32,000 nt of DNA from Xanthomonas campestris pv. campestris str. ATCC 33913 (lineage in GTDB: Bacteria; Pseudomonadota; Gammaproteobacteria; Xanthomonadales; Xanthomonadaceae): contig NC_003902.1 of NCBI RefSeq assembly GCF_000007145.1, positions 400,325-432,324 on the forward strand, read 5' to 3'. The notes below the pieces were generated by a model. That model did not search any database. It was given only the letters and a program-made list of their open reading frames with translations, and had not been told where the DNA came from. Positions 12,912 through 22,923 of the stretch are shown here, in pieces (the stretch's first letter is position 1; each line of letters opens with the position of its first letter). A program made the translations under genes and the position numbers.

Positions 12912-13895
12912 ATGACGCGTCTGACCCCCAAGCTGTTGGATCAGGTCCGTGGTCGGCTGCGGCTTCGCCACTACAGCCTGCGCACCGAGCAGGCGTATGT
13001 GGGCTGGATCCGACGCTTCATCCTGGCCAACGGTAAACGGCATCCAGCGCAGATGGGGCAGGCAGAGGTCGAGGCGTTTCTCACCGACCTGGCGACGCGG
13101 GGCCAGGTGTCGGCCGGCACGCAGAATCAGGCGCTGGCGGCACTGCTGTTCCTGTATCGCGAGATCCTGGGCCTGGAGTTGCCCTGGATGGAGAACCTGG
13201 TGCGCGCCAAGCGACCGCGGCGCATTCCAGTGGTGCTCTCGGTCGAGGAGGTGACGCGCCTGCTGACGATGCTGGAGGGGGCGTGTCGGCTGATGGCGGG
13301 GCTGCTCTACGGCAGCGGGATGCGGTTGCTGGAATGCCTGCGGTTGCGGATCAAGGATGTGGACATGGTGCGTTGCGAGATCGTGGTGCGCGACGGAAAA
13401 GGCGGCAAGGATCGGCGGGTGCCGCTGCCGCGCAGCCTGCGAGGGGAATTAATGCAGCAGCGCGAGCGGGCGCTGCTGCTGCATGCCGCTGATCTCGCCG
13501 AGGGAGCAGGACAGGTGTTCCTGCCGCATGCGTTGGCGCGCAAGTATCCCTCGGCCGATGTCGAGCCCGGCTGGCAGTATCTGTTCCCCGGCGCGCGTCG
13601 ATCGGTGGATCCGCGCAGTGGCCGAGTTGGTCTGCATCACGTATCGGAGGAGATCCGGCAGCGTGCGGTACATGCGGCACGGCGCCGTGCGGGGATCGAC
13701 AAGCCGGCGACCTGCCACACCCTGCGGCATTCGTTCGCCACGCATCCGCTGGAGGCCGGCCACGATATCCGCACTGTGCAGGAGCTGTTGGGCCACAAGG
13801 ATGTGGCAACCACGCAGATCTACACGCATGTGCTGGGGCGCGGTGCGTCGGCGGTGCGCAGCCCGCTGGATGGGCTGCATCTCAGCGGCGGGTGA
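12912..13895 (+). CDS. intI: integron integrase IntI (tyrosine recombinase), apparently full length
   Basis: 327 aa from the ATG at 12912 (alternative ATG at 12882; the track TTG at 12729 overlaps attI). It aligns along its whole length with the IntI1/VchIntIA pattern as I recall it: [19 protein letters not shown] (Arg), GKGGKDR (Lys), [10 protein letters not shown] (His, Arg), LGH, IYTHV (Tyr). The IntI-specific insert segment ARKYP...DPRSG is also present. Confidence 0.9.
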   Translation: MTRLTPKLLDQVRGRLRLRHYSLRTEQAYVGWIRRFILANGKRHPAQMGQAEVEAFLTDLATRGQVSAGTQNQALAALLFLYREILGLELPWMENLVRAKRPRRIPVVLSVEEVTRLLTMLEGACRLMAGLLYGSGMRLLECLRLRIKDVDMVRCEIVVRDGKGGKDRRVPLPRSLRGELMQQRERALLLHAADLAEGAGQVFLPHALARKYPSADVEPGWQYLFPGARRSVDPRSGRVGLHHVSEEIRQRAVHAARRRAGIDKPATCHTLRHSFATHPLEAGHDIRTVQELLGHKDVATTQIYTHVLGRGASAVRSPLDGLHLSGG

Positions 13896-13909
13896 CGTTG
13901 CCGCCAATA

Positions 13910-14046
13910 AGAGCAGCGATCAAAACGACTGCGCAGCCGCCAGGCGTGCGCGGCCGGTGCCCGGAGTCGGCATTCCCCCGTACGCGCCGGTTCCGAGCGC
14001 TGTCCTCCCACCTGACGGCTGCTCGCTAAGTTTTGTTAGCGGCTCT
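13910..14046 (-). repeat. ~140-bp imperfect-palindromic intergenic element, copy 2, inverted
   Basis: Reverse-complement alignment with 51..191. Lies between the intI stop and the ilvD stop. Confidence 0.75.
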
Positions 14047-14124
14047 AAAAAGCCACCCCACGCTGGGTTTGCAGTCACGCGTCGGGACGGAAGTCCCTTC
14101 CATCGTCCTATGCCGGGATACGAC

Positions 14125-14151
14125 GAAGACCGCTAAATATCCGCGGTCTTC
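14125..14151 (-). terminator. hairpin downstream of ilvD (no clear U-tract)
   Basis: 9-bp stem GAAGACCGC/GCGGTCTTC with a 9-nt loop, 12 nt after the ilvD stop. Confidence 0.35.
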
Positions 14152-14162
14152 ATCGCAATGCC

Positions 14163-16001
14163 TCAGCCGTCCAGCATCGCCTTGTCGCGTACCGCGCCCT
14201 TGTCCGCACTGGTCGCCAGCAACGCGTACGCCTTCAGCGCGGTGGTGACTTTGCGTGGGCGCACTTCCACCGGCTTCCAGCCCTTGGCGTCCTGCTCGGT
14301 GCGGCGTGCGGCCAGTTCTTCGTCGGAGACGAGCAGGTCGATTGAGCGCTTGGGGATATCGATGAGAATCTTGTCGCCGTTGCGCACCAGGCCGATCGCA
14401 CCGCCCGCGGCGGCTTCCGGCGAGGCGTGGCCGATCGACAGACCCGAGGTGCCGCCGGAGAAGCGGCCGTCGGTGAGTAGTGCGCAGTGTTTGCCCAGGC
14501 CCTTGGATTTCAGGTAGCTGGTGGGGTAGAGCATCTCCTGCATGCCGGGGCCGCCCTTGGGGCCTTCGTAGCGGATCACCACCACATCGCCGGCTTTGAC
14601 TTCGTCGGCGAGGATGCCCTTGACCGCCGAATCCTGGCTCTCGTAGACGCGTGTGTTGCCTTCGAAGACATGGATGGATTCGTCCACGCCGGCGGTCTTC
14701 ACCACGCAGCCATCGCGCGCGATATTGCCGTACAGCACCGCCAGGCCGCCTTCCTGCGAGAACGCGTGTGCGACATCGCGGATGCAGCCTTCGCTGCGAT
14801 CGGTATCCAGGGTGTCCCAGCGCGTGGCCTGGCTAAACGCAATCTGCGTGGGAATGCCGGCCGGGCCGGCCTTGTAGAACGTATGCACCTTGTCGTCGTC
14901 GACCTGGGTGACATCCCATTGCGCGATGGCGTCGGCCAGCGTGCGTGTGTGCACGGTGGCTGCGTTGGTGTGCAGCAAGCCGCCACGTGCCAGTTCGCCG
15001 AGGATGGACATGATGCCGCCGGCACGGTGCACGTCTTCGATGTGGTACTTGGGCGTGTTCGGCGCGACCTTGCACAGCTGCGGCACACGCTTGGACAGGC
15101 GGTCGATATCGCGCATGCCGAACGGCACTTCGCCTTCCTGTGCGGCAGCCAGCAAATGCAGGATGGTGTTGGTGGAGCCGCCCATGGCGATGTCCAGCGT
15201 CATCGCGTTTTCGAACGCTTCGAAGGTGGCGATGCCGCGCGGCAGTGCGGTGGGGTCTTCGCCGCCATACCAGCGATGGCACAGCTCCACCGCCACGCGC
15301 CCGGCGCGCAGGAACAGCTGCTCGCGGTCGGCATGCGTGGCCACCACGGTGCCATTGCCGGGCAATGAAAGACCCAGCGCTTCGGTGAGGCAGTTCATCG
15401 AGTTGGCGGTGAACATGCCCGAGCACGAGCCGCACGTGGGGCAGGCGCTGCGTTCGAACTCGGCGACCTTTTCATCGGAGGCGCTGTCGTCGGCGGCGAT
15501 CACCATCGCGTCGATCAGATCCAGATTATGGTCGGCCAGCTTGGTCTTGCCGGCTTCCATCGGCCCGCCGGAGACGAACACCGTCGGGATGTTGAGGCGC
15601 AAGGCGGCCATCAACATGCCGGGGGTGATCTTGTCGCAGTTGGAAATGCACACCAGCGCGTCGGCGCAATGCGCGTTGACCATGTACTCGACCGAGTCGG
15701 CGATGATCTCGCGGCTGGGCAGCGAGTACAGCATGCCGTCGTGGCCCATCGCGATACCGTCGTCCACGGCGATGGTGTCGAACTCCTTGGCTACGCCGCC
15801 GACACGTTCGATCTCACGTGCCACGAGTTGCCCAAGATCCTTCAGGTGCACATGCCCGGGAACGAACTGCGTGAACGAATTGGCGATGGCAATGATCGGC
15901 TTGTGGAAATCGCCATCCTTCATGCCGGTGGCGCGCCAGAGTGCGCGGGCGCCCGCCATGTTGCGGCCGTGGGTGGAGGTCTTTGAGCGGTATTCGGGCA
16001 T
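14163..16001 (-). CDS. ilvD: dihydroxy-acid dehydratase
   Basis: 612 aa starting [53 protein letters not shown], with a typical IlvD length. Confidence 0.97.
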   Translation of the reverse strand: MPEYRSKTSTHGRNMAGARALWRATGMKDGDFHKPIIAIANSFTQFVPGHVHLKDLGQLVAREIERVGGVAKEFDTIAVDDGIAMGHDGMLYSLPSREIIADSVEYMVNAHCADALVCISNCDKITPGMLMAALRLNIPTVFVSGGPMEAGKTKLADHNLDLIDAMVIAADDSASDEKVAEFERSACPTCGSCSGMFTANSMNCLTEALGLSLPGNGTVVATHADREQLFLRAGRVAVELCHRWYGGEDPTALPRGIATFEAFENAMTLDIAMGGSTNTILHLLAAAQEGEVPFGMRDIDRLSKRVPQLCKVAPNTPKYHIEDVHRAGGIMSILGELARGGLLHTNAATVHTRTLADAIAQWDVTQVDDDKVHTFYKAGPAGIPTQIAFSQATRWDTLDTDRSEGCIRDVAHAFSQEGGLAVLYGNIARDGCVVKTAGVDESIHVFEGNTRVYESQDSAVKGILADEVKAGDVVVIRYEGPKGGPGMQEMLYPTSYLKSKGLGKHCALLTDGRFSGGTSGLSIGHASPEAAAGGAIGLVRNGDKILIDIPKRSIDLLVSDEELAARRTEQDAKGWKPVEVRPRKVTTALKAYALLATSADKGAVRDKAMLDG

Positions 16002-16257
16002 GGCGGGATCGACAACGTGAGCGAGCGATGGCTGGCAATTAGACCGCGCCAGGACTGTTGCTGCTGCAACCGTCGCGGTGCGTTCCGGTGATCTCGCACG
16101 GTAGCACGCAGCTGCCGGGTGAACAGACGGCCAAACGTGACTGCCACTGGGGCGATGACATCAAACGTCGAGCACGCCACCCCGCTGCGCCAAACGGTTC
16201 ATCCATGTGCAGCAATAGCGCAGGCACTCGCAACTGCACGCGAGCGGCCGCGGTTTA

Positions 16258-16400
16258 GAGTGGCTAACAAAACGTAGCGAGCAGTTGTCAGGTGGGTGCG
16301 GACGGCGCGGAGGAACCGGAATGTACGTGGGTACATGAGGATTCCGAGCACCGGCCGCGCCCGCCTGGCGGCTGCGCAGTAGTTTTTTGATAGCTGCTCT
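16258..16400 (+). repeat. ~140-bp imperfect-palindromic intergenic element, copy 3, forward
   Basis: Aligns along its length with 51..191. Lies between the ilvD start and the YkgJ-like gene. Confidence 0.75.
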
Positions 16401-16406
16401 TAGACT

Positions 16407-16679
16407 GTGCGCATGACCTCCACCCTTTCGTGCCGCTCCGGCTGTGCCGCGTGCTGCATTGCCCCGTCCATCAGTTCGCCGATTCCGGGCATGCCGCACG
16501 GCAAGCCGGCCGGTGTGCCGTGCGTGCAGCTGGATGCGCAGTGGGGCTGCCGCCTGTTCGGGCAGCCGAGCCGCCCGGCGGTCTGCGCCAGCCTGCGTCC
16601 TTCAGTGGAGATGTGCGGCGGCTCGCGGACGCAGGCGCTGGCGATGCTCGCCGCCCTGGAGCGCGCGACACAGCCTTGA
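16407..16679 (+). CDS. YkgJ-family cysteine-cluster protein
   Basis: 90 aa with [34 protein letters not shown]...CRLFG...RPAVCASL, typical of the YkgJ/UPF0153 family. The start could be the ATG at 16413. Confidence 0.7.
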   Translation: MRMTSTLSCRSGCAACCIAPSISSPIPGMPHGKPAGVPCVQLDAQWGCRLFGQPSRPAVCASLRPSVEMCGGSRTQALAMLAALERATQP

Positions 16680-17083
16680 ATGTCAGGCGCGTCGTGCCAT
16701 TGCGCACGGCCGACTGGAGCGCCGCGCTGGAACTGCAGGGATCGCTGCGGCTTAGCTGCGCCGCTTTGCGCGTTCCATGTCAATCCGGGCAACGCTGGCA
16801 GCGATGTGATCGAGCGGCGCGTGGCTCTGATGGACATGCCAACCTAGGCGCCGCATGCAGCGCGGCGTTGTTGCCGCATGCGTTGCATCCTCGCCGTAGC
16901 CGGGTGCGGTGACCAGGCAGCCTTCCTGGGCCTGCACTTGCACAGATGCCAGCCGGTCAGCCTGACCATTGCCGCACAGCGCAGTGCCACCAGCGACTAT
17001 CGCGCTTCACAGCGCGGCAGGCGGGAAACATCTGCCAAGCCAAAAAGCCGATGGAGAATGGCGAAGCAGCGCCAGCCCCGCGT

Positions 17084-17980
17084 TCAACCGTTGCCGTTCG
17101 CCTTGCGACCGGCGAACACCCGCCTGATGCCGGCGCCCAGCGCCAGCACGCCGAACAACACCAGCTTCCAGCCCTTGGCCAGCAGCAGGCCCAGCTTGGC
17201 GAACAGCCCGGCCTTGGCCGCCAGGCCGCCGCCGATCAGGCCGGCCAGGCCATAGCTGGCAATCTTGTCGGTGGAGGGGTTGTGGTCGGCATAGCGCGCG
17301 CCCTGGTCGAACTCGGTCATCGGCAACAGCTGCTGCATGCCCTGGCGCACCTGGTCGAGCTGGCCGATGCCGGCGACGGCGTTGAGGCTGAGATAGCCGC
17401 TACGGCCCAGCACGCGGATGTCGTAGTTGAGCGTGTGCTGCTGGGCGCCGTCGAAGCGCAGCTCCTTGGCCCAGTAGAGCTTCTTGCTGCTGGCGTCGTA
17501 GCGCGGCGGTACCGCCCAGCCGAGCAGGTCGACCGTGCCGTAGCCCTGTTCACGCCGCGCAGCGTTGTCTTCGGCGGTGCCTTTCTGCATGTCGGCCAGC
17601 AGTTCGCTGTAGTCGATCTTGGCGGCATCCTCGTCGGACACATAGCCCTCATCGCTATAGGTCACCACCACCGCCCAGCTGTCTGGTGCATCCAGCGCAG
17701 GCGTGCGCGGCACGATCATGCCCAGCACGCTGTCGTCGGGCGGGTTGCCCCACAGCTGTTCGAGCACACGGCGCGTGTCGGCCTTGTCCAGATAGCGGAA
17801 GGCCGGGTCCAGATCGAAATGCGCCTTGGCCTGCGGCACGGCGATGTGGCCGTCGCGGTACTGCAGCGCAGCCAGCACTTGCGCTTCGTCGACAGCATCG
17901 GCCGGGATGGCGAACAGCAGCGGGCTTGCGACAAGCAGGCAAGCGGCCAGCAGGCCGCGCAGGACAACGGTGGTGTGCAT
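17084..17980 (-). CDS. DUF2167 membrane-anchored protein
   Basis: The internal ATG at 17980 gives a signal-like N-terminus (MHTTVVLRGLLAACLLVASPLLFA). The body matches the DUF2167 pattern (LEQLWGNPP, VVVTYSDEGYVSDEDA, GWAVPPRYD) and ends in C-terminal TM helices. Confidence 0.75.
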   Translation of the reverse strand: MHTTVVLRGLLAACLLVASPLLFAIPADAVDEAQVLAALQYRDGHIAVPQAKAHFDLDPAFRYLDKADTRRVLEQLWGNPPDDSVLGMIVPRTPALDAPDSWAVVVTYSDEGYVSDEDAAKIDYSELLADMQKGTAEDNAARREQGYGTVDLLGWAVPPRYDASSKKLYWAKELRFDGAQQHTLNYDIRVLGRSGYLSLNAVAGIGQLDQVRQGMQQLLPMTEFDQGARYADHNPSTDKIASYGLAGLIGGGLAAKAGLFAKLGLLLAKGWKLVLFGVLALGAGIRRVFAGRKANGNG

Positions 17981-18061
17981 GCAGGTCGAATCCATTCGAT
18001 GGCAGCGTCCCCACGCCGCAGGCCGCCGACTTTGCCACGCGTTCACATGGCAGACAACGGG

Positions 18062-18622
18062 TCAGCCCGCGCTGGCCGCGCCCAGATACTGGTCCTTGAG
18101 CCGCACATAATGCTGCGCCGAATAATGCAGGCTTTCGATCTCCTGGTCGCTGAGGCGGCGCGCCAGCCGGGCCGGATTGCCCAGCCACAATTCCGCTTCG
18201 CCAACCACCTTGCCCGGGCCCACCACCGCGCCGGCACCGACAAAGCCGTAGCGTTTGATGGTGGCGTTATCGAGCACGCAGGCGCCCATGCCGATCAGGC
18301 ACAGGTCTTCGATGGTGCAGGCATGCAGGATGGTGCCGTGGCCCACGGTGACGTCTTCGCCGATCACGGTCGGGTAGCCGCCCTTGTTGAACGGGCTGTG
18401 GTGGCTGACGTGGATGATGGTGCCGTCCTGCACGTTGGTGCGCGCGCCGATCTGCACAGAGTTGACGTCGCCACGAATCACCGTGCCCGGCCATACCGAC
18501 ACGTCGTCGCCCAGCTGCACCTTGCCGATGATGGTGCAGGCCGGGTCGACATAGACGCGCGCGCCCAGCTGCGGGGTGTGTTCCAGAAACGGGCGAATCG
18601 GGGTCACGGCACTCTCCGGCAA
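18062..18622 (-). CDS. gamma-carbonic-anhydrase-like / hexapeptide-repeat protein
   Basis: 186 aa with left-handed beta-helix hexapeptide repeats (VWPGTVIRGDVNSVQIGARTNVQDGTIIHV...), as in YrdA/PaaY-like proteins. Confidence 0.85.
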   Translation of the reverse strand: MPESAVTPIRPFLEHTPQLGARVYVDPACTIIGKVQLGDDVSVWPGTVIRGDVNSVQIGARTNVQDGTIIHVSHHSPFNKGGYPTVIGEDVTVGHGTILHACTIEDLCLIGMGACVLDNATIKRYGFVGAGAVVGPGKVVGEAELWLGNPARLARRLSDQEIESLHYSAQHYVRLKDQYLGAASAG

Positions 18623-18897
18623 GTTAGCGTGCCGCCAACTGCGGGCACAGGTGGATGATACCTGTGCGGTGTGTGTTGCTGCGGCGGTGCTGCGCGATGG
18701 ATGCAGATGGCATGGATGCGGGTTTTGGATGCTTGGAAGCGGTGCATCTCGACGCGTATTGGGTGAAGCTGTGTGTATCGCTGCAAGTGAGTCGCGCGTT
18801 TGAAGTCATATGCGGTGCTGTTGCTTGGTATGCGGTGTATCCGGCGATCTGACGGGGGACGCAGCGCGTCCGCTAACCACGATGCGTGCATGGTCAG

Positions 18898-19040
18898 TAA
18901 CAGCTGACAAAACTAGTGCGCGACCGCCAGGCGGGCGCGTCCGGTTAGCGGAATCGGCATGTGCCGCTCGTACGCTCTGATTCTGGGCACATAGTCCATG
19001 ACTACCTGACGACTGTTCGCCACGTCTTGTCAGCGGCTCT
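18898..19040 (-). repeat. ~140-bp imperfect-palindromic intergenic element, copy 4, inverted and more diverged
   Basis: CAGCTGACAAAACTAGTGCGCGACCGCCAGGCGGGCGCG...ACCTGACGACTGTTCGCCACGTCTTGTCAGCGGCTCT aligns with the reverse complement of 51..191. Confidence 0.6.
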
Positions 19041-19494
19041 ATTCGCATGGATCGTTTGTCGCGTTGCTATTCGCCAGTATGCGTTGCGCAAGGTCGCGCG
19101 ACAGTGCGGACAATCACCCCACACGTGCGTCAGAGCGATCTCGAACAGCCAACGCGGTAGCGATGCGGCGACGAACGATGCTGCCGCGCAGGATCCGGTT
19201 GCCCGTCGTGCTCCATGCCTTGAGGCGCACCACACAAGCAGACAACACATCCGAACCTGGCGCCGCGCAAGCGAAGCTCATTGGGTCTGCATCCGATAAG
19301 CGCACACCACTGCGGGGATCAGCCTTGAACGGCACCCGCAATCGGCCTAGCGTGCAGGCCATTGCGACGTATCCGTTGCGTCTGTCGCAACACACACGGT
19401 TTTCGAGGGTGCGTCCGCGCGTTTTCCCATCGCGCAGCGTGGATGCACCTGTGCCACCGCTGCGCCACATCAGCCCCCCTCACAGGACACGCCA

Positions 19495-20805
19495 ATGCTT
19501 CAAGGCACGCCAACTTCCGCGCACTTTGTTTTGGAGCGCATGACGCCGTTCCAGTGGAGGGCCGTGGCGGTGTGCGTGCTGCTGACGATGCTCGACGGCT
19601 TCGACGTGATGGCGATGGCGTTCACCGCCCCGCACGTGTCGGCCGACTGGCAGCTGTCGGGCAAGCTGCTGGGAGCGCTGTTCAGTGCCGGGCTGGTCGG
19701 CATGGCGGTCGGCTCGCTGGTGCTGGCGCCGTGGGCAGACCGCATTGGCCGCCGTGCGCTGATCCTGGTGTGTCTGGCCATCCTGACTGTCGGCATGGGC
19801 GCCTCCGCACTGGCAGGCACTGCCTGGCAGCTGGGCGCGCTGCGGGCGTTCACCGGTGTCGGCATCGGCGGCATGCTGGCCTGCGTGGCGGTGACTGCCG
19901 CCGAATATTCCACTGCACGCTGGCGCAGCACGGCGACGGTGCTGCAGGCCACCGGTTATCCGGTCGGGGCGACGATTGGGGGCGCGATTGCCGCGCTGCT
20001 GTTGCAACATTGGTCCTGGCCATCGGTGTTCTGGCTTGGCGCGTTCGGCGCGTTGCTCTGCGTCCCGCTGGTGCTGGCCTGTTTGCCCGAATCGCTGGAG
20101 TTCCTGATCGCCCGCCGGCCGCCCAATGCGCAGGCGCGCTTCAACGCGGTGCTGGCACGCATGGGGATGCCGCCGCATTCGCAGTTGCCGCTGCCGCCTG
20201 CGCAGGCGGCCGGGCAGGTGCAGGGGTATGCGGCCCTGTTCGTAGGTGCGCTGCGGCGGCAATCGCTGTTGATCGCGCTGGCATTTTTCTTGTTGATGTT
20301 CGCGTTCTACTTCGTGCTCAGCTGGACTCCCAAGCTGCTGGTGACCGCGGGCCTGTCGGCTGGCCAAGGTGTCACCGGTGGGGTGCTGTTGAATCTGGGC
20401 GGCATTGTGGGCGGCACGCTGTTCAGTTGGTTGGCCCTGCGTGGTCGCTTGTCGTGGCTCACTGCCGGCGCACTGGTGCTGGTGGCGGTGGGGATGGTCG
20501 CATTCGGGTTGAGCAGCACGGTGCTGAGTTGGGCATTTGCCACCGCGTTGCTGACCGGTGCCGCGCTGACGGCAGCGATGGGTGGGCTGTATGCGGTGGC
20601 ACCGGTGGTGTTCACCGCGGCGGTGCGCTCCACCGGCATGGGCTGGTCGATCGGGATCGGGCGGCTGGGCGCGATTGCCTCGCCGCTGTGCGCCGGGGTG
20701 CTGCTGGATGCCGGGTGGTCGCCGGCCATGTTGTATCTGGCATGCGGCGTGCCGTTGTTGTTCGCTGCTGCCGCGGTGGTGGCGATGCGCCTGCCGGAGC
20801 GCTGA
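19495..20805 (+). CDS. MFS transporter, aromatic acid:H+ symporter (PcaK-like) family
   Basis: 436 aa with 12 predicted TM segments. Motifs MLDGFDVMAMAF and GxLxDRxGRR-like (PWADRIGRR) are typical of the AAHS family. It lies near pobA/pobR. Confidence 0.85.
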   Translation: MLQGTPTSAHFVLERMTPFQWRAVAVCVLLTMLDGFDVMAMAFTAPHVSADWQLSGKLLGALFSAGLVGMAVGSLVLAPWADRIGRRALILVCLAILTVGMGASALAGTAWQLGALRAFTGVGIGGMLACVAVTAAEYSTARWRSTATVLQATGYPVGATIGGAIAALLLQHWSWPSVFWLGAFGALLCVPLVLACLPESLEFLIARRPPNAQARFNAVLARMGMPPHSQLPLPPAQAAGQVQGYAALFVGALRRQSLLIALAFFLLMFAFYFVLSWTPKLLVTAGLSAGQGVTGGVLLNLGGIVGGTLFSWLALRGRLSWLTAGALVLVAVGMVAFGLSSTVLSWAFATALLTGAALTAAMGGLYAVAPVVFTAAVRSTGMGWSIGIGRLGAIASPLCAGVLLDAGWSPAMLYLACGVPLLFAAAAVVAMRLPER

Positions 20806-20953
20806 ACCGCTCAGCGGGCATTGCCTATTGCCGGTTGGGGAGGCGGCTGCGGTTGCGCCCGGCCCAAAGAATCCTGCGCGGCTGCCGATAACTCCGCAGA
20901 CCCGCCACGCCTGTGGTGGGCGCTATGCGGACCACTTGCAGACCAGCGCCGGC

Positions 20954-22195
20954 ATGCTCAGAACCATCGACTCCGACCAACTCCGCCCCGGCATGTATGT
21001 CTACAAGCTGCTGGGCGCGTGGGTGCACCATCCGTTCTGGAAGACCTCCTTCCTGGTCGATGCCGACGATGTGGGCAAGATCCACGACAGCCGCATCGAG
21101 CAGCTGGTGATCGACACCGCACGTGGGCTGGACGTGGAAGCGGCTGCGCCCGCCGCAGTGGAAGAGCCCGCTCCGCCGGCGCCCACGCCTGCAGCCTCCG
21201 AACCACCAGTGGCTGCGCCTGTCGAACGCGCCGCACGCGCCGCTAACGTTGCGCCCAAGGTGGGCATCGAGGCCGAAGTGGTGCGCGCGCGCCGCATCTT
21301 CGAAGACGGCCGTAGCGTGGTGGAAGAAATGTTTCGCGACGTGCGGCTGGGCCGCACTGTCGACACCGAGGCGGCGATGCCGCTGGTGGAGGCCATCAAC
21401 GATTCAGTGCTGCGCCATCCGCAGGCCTTGATCAGCGTGGCGCGGCTCAAGACCGCCGACGACTACACCTACCTGCATTCGATGGCGGTAGCCGGCCTGA
21501 TGAGCGGGCTGGCGCGCCAGCTCGGCCTGCCCGATGCGCAGGTGGTGGAGGCGGCGATGGGCGGCCTGCTGCACGACATGGGCAAGGCGGTGACGCCGCT
21601 GGATATCCTCAACAAGCCCGGCAAGCTCACCGACGAAGAAATGGACGTCATCCGCCGGCATCCGCTGGATGGCCATCGCCTGTTGTTGGCCGGCGGCGTG
21701 CAGAACGCGGTGGTGCTGGAAATCGCCATGCATCACCACGAAAAGATGGATGGCAGTGGCTACCCGAAGGGCCAGGTAGGCGAAGAGATCTCGCTGATGT
21801 CGCGCATGGGCGCGGTGTGCGATGTCTACGATGCGATCAGCTCTGACCGGCCCTACAAGCGCGGCTGGGACCCGGCCGAATCGCTCAAGCGGATGGCCTC
21901 GTGGACCGGTCACTTCGACCCGGTGGTGTTCCAGGCCTTCGTACGGCGGCTGGGCATCTACCCGGTGGGCTCGCTGGTGCGGCTGGAGTCGCAGAAATTG
22001 GCGGTGGTGATCGAACAGGCCGCCGAGTCCTTGCTCAAGCCGAAGGTACGGGTGTTCTATTCGGCCAAGCTGCGCAGCCACGTGCTGGTGCAGGACATCG
22101 ATCTGTCGCGTGCGGAGTGCCAGGACCGCATCGTGCAGATGGAAAGCCCCACTGATTGGGGCTTCCGCGATCTTGAGAAACTCTGGCTGCCGTAA
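20954..22195 (+). CDS. HD-GYP domain protein (c-di-GMP phosphodiesterase family) with a DUF3391-like N-terminus
   Basis: In-frame ATG at 20954 (MLRTIDSDQLRPGMYVYKL). HDMGK ... HHEKMDGSGYP motifs are present. The track start at 20582 overlaps the MFS gene. Confidence 0.85.
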   Translation: MLRTIDSDQLRPGMYVYKLLGAWVHHPFWKTSFLVDADDVGKIHDSRIEQLVIDTARGLDVEAAAPAAVEEPAPPAPTPAASEPPVAAPVERAARAANVAPKVGIEAEVVRARRIFEDGRSVVEEMFRDVRLGRTVDTEAAMPLVEAINDSVLRHPQALISVARLKTADDYTYLHSMAVAGLMSGLARQLGLPDAQVVEAAMGGLLHDMGKAVTPLDILNKPGKLTDEEMDVIRRHPLDGHRLLLAGGVQNAVVLEIAMHHHEKMDGSGYPKGQVGEEISLMSRMGAVCDVYDAISSDRPYKRGWDPAESLKRMASWTGHFDPVVFQAFVRRLGIYPVGSLVRLESQKLAVVIEQAAESLLKPKVRVFYSAKLRSHVLVQDIDLSRAECQDRIVQMESPTDWGFRDLEKLWLP

Positions 22196-22923
22196 GGCCT
22201 CTCGCACGTTTGACGCTGTGCAGGGTGCTGCTAGCGTTCGCGCGGTAATGATCGCCGGACCTTGTGCCGGATCAGCGCTCCGCGCAGCCAGTAGCCGCGT
22301 GGCGCTTCATCGCGCCTAGGCGCGCTCCTCCTCCAGGGCTTAATGCGTCACGTGCCCTGTAGCGCGCTCTGCGGCCGTCGCCGGCCGGATGCTGCAGCGG
22401 CGCGACGCTGCTGCTGCGCGTCCCAAGAGTCCACCTTGCGCCACCAGCCCGGCACTGCCGGCGGCCCGGCCGCGCTAGCGTCGCAGACCACGATGCGCCT
22501 CGTCTTCTCCGCCCAGCGCCATCTCACACCCTCAGCGTTGCCATGACACGGGCTTTGCCTCGTCTGGACGGGCGCTCACCACTACCAGCGGCCGCCAGCT
22601 TGGAGCCTAGCGAGCGCGACCATGCTGCGCTGCAGCTTGGCAATGTAGTTATGGTGCATAACTATTCCGGGACGCAATCATTGGCGCCCGGATCCCCATG
22701 CCGTACCCGCACCTGGACCATTCCGCTTTTCCGCCGCCGGTGCGGCGCCGGTGCGTGGTCTCCAGCATGGGCACTGCAGCGGCCGGCGCGCTGCCGCTGT
22801 GGTCGGCACAGCAGGCTGACCGCGCAACGCAAGCGATACCGGCACGCCCCGCCAGGTCTACAATGCGGCTCACGTCGCGGGCCGGCGTTGCAGGCGCCTG
22901 GCGCGCCGCTCCCTGGTTCGGTG

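Larger units (their letters stand above)
1763..13895. mobile_element. chromosomal integron: intI, attI and a 22-cassette array
   Basis: Tyrosine-recombinase intI is divergent from 22 units bounded by ~60-bp GCCTAAC...GTTAGGC imperfect palindromes (attC). The array ends at a lone GCCTAAC next to intI (attI). ilvD is adjacent, as known for Xanthomonas integrons. Confidence 0.92.

Noticed and set aside
14487-16020. Long plus-strand ORFs opposite ilvD (14487..15368 and 14890..16020).
   Set aside because: They are antisense to an unambiguous ilvD gene and are a high-GC artefact.
16752-16943. A 63-aa minus-strand ORF between the YkgJ-like gene and the DUF2167 gene.
   Set aside because: It has a GTG start without a clear ribosome-binding site, no recognisable motif and only moderate third-position GC bias. 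The evidence is insufficient to call it.
16946-18658. A 570-aa plus-strand ORF.
   Set aside because: It lies antisense to two recognisable genes (DUF2167 and the gamma-CA-like gene). Its Ala/Arg/Gly/His-rich low-complexity translation is typical of antisense frames in high-GC DNA.
19362-19390. The inverted repeat TTGCGAC-N15-GTCGCAA upstream of the MFS transporter, considered as a regulator operator.
   Set aside because: It is a single 7-bp repeat with no adjacent regulator gene in the window and no way to assess conservation, so it is too weak to report.
19362-20891. A 509-aa plus-strand ORF overlapping the MFS transporter, and the 295-aa minus-strand ORF 19480..20367.
   Set aside because: These are alternate or antisense frames of a clear 12-TM MFS gene and have an Arg/Gly-rich composition.
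20582-20953. The 537-aa version of the HD-GYP protein starting inside the MFS gene.
   Set aside because: It overlaps the 3' end of the MFS transporter in another frame and has an Arg/Cys/Trp-rich nonsense composition. The conserved N-terminus starts at the ATG at 20954.
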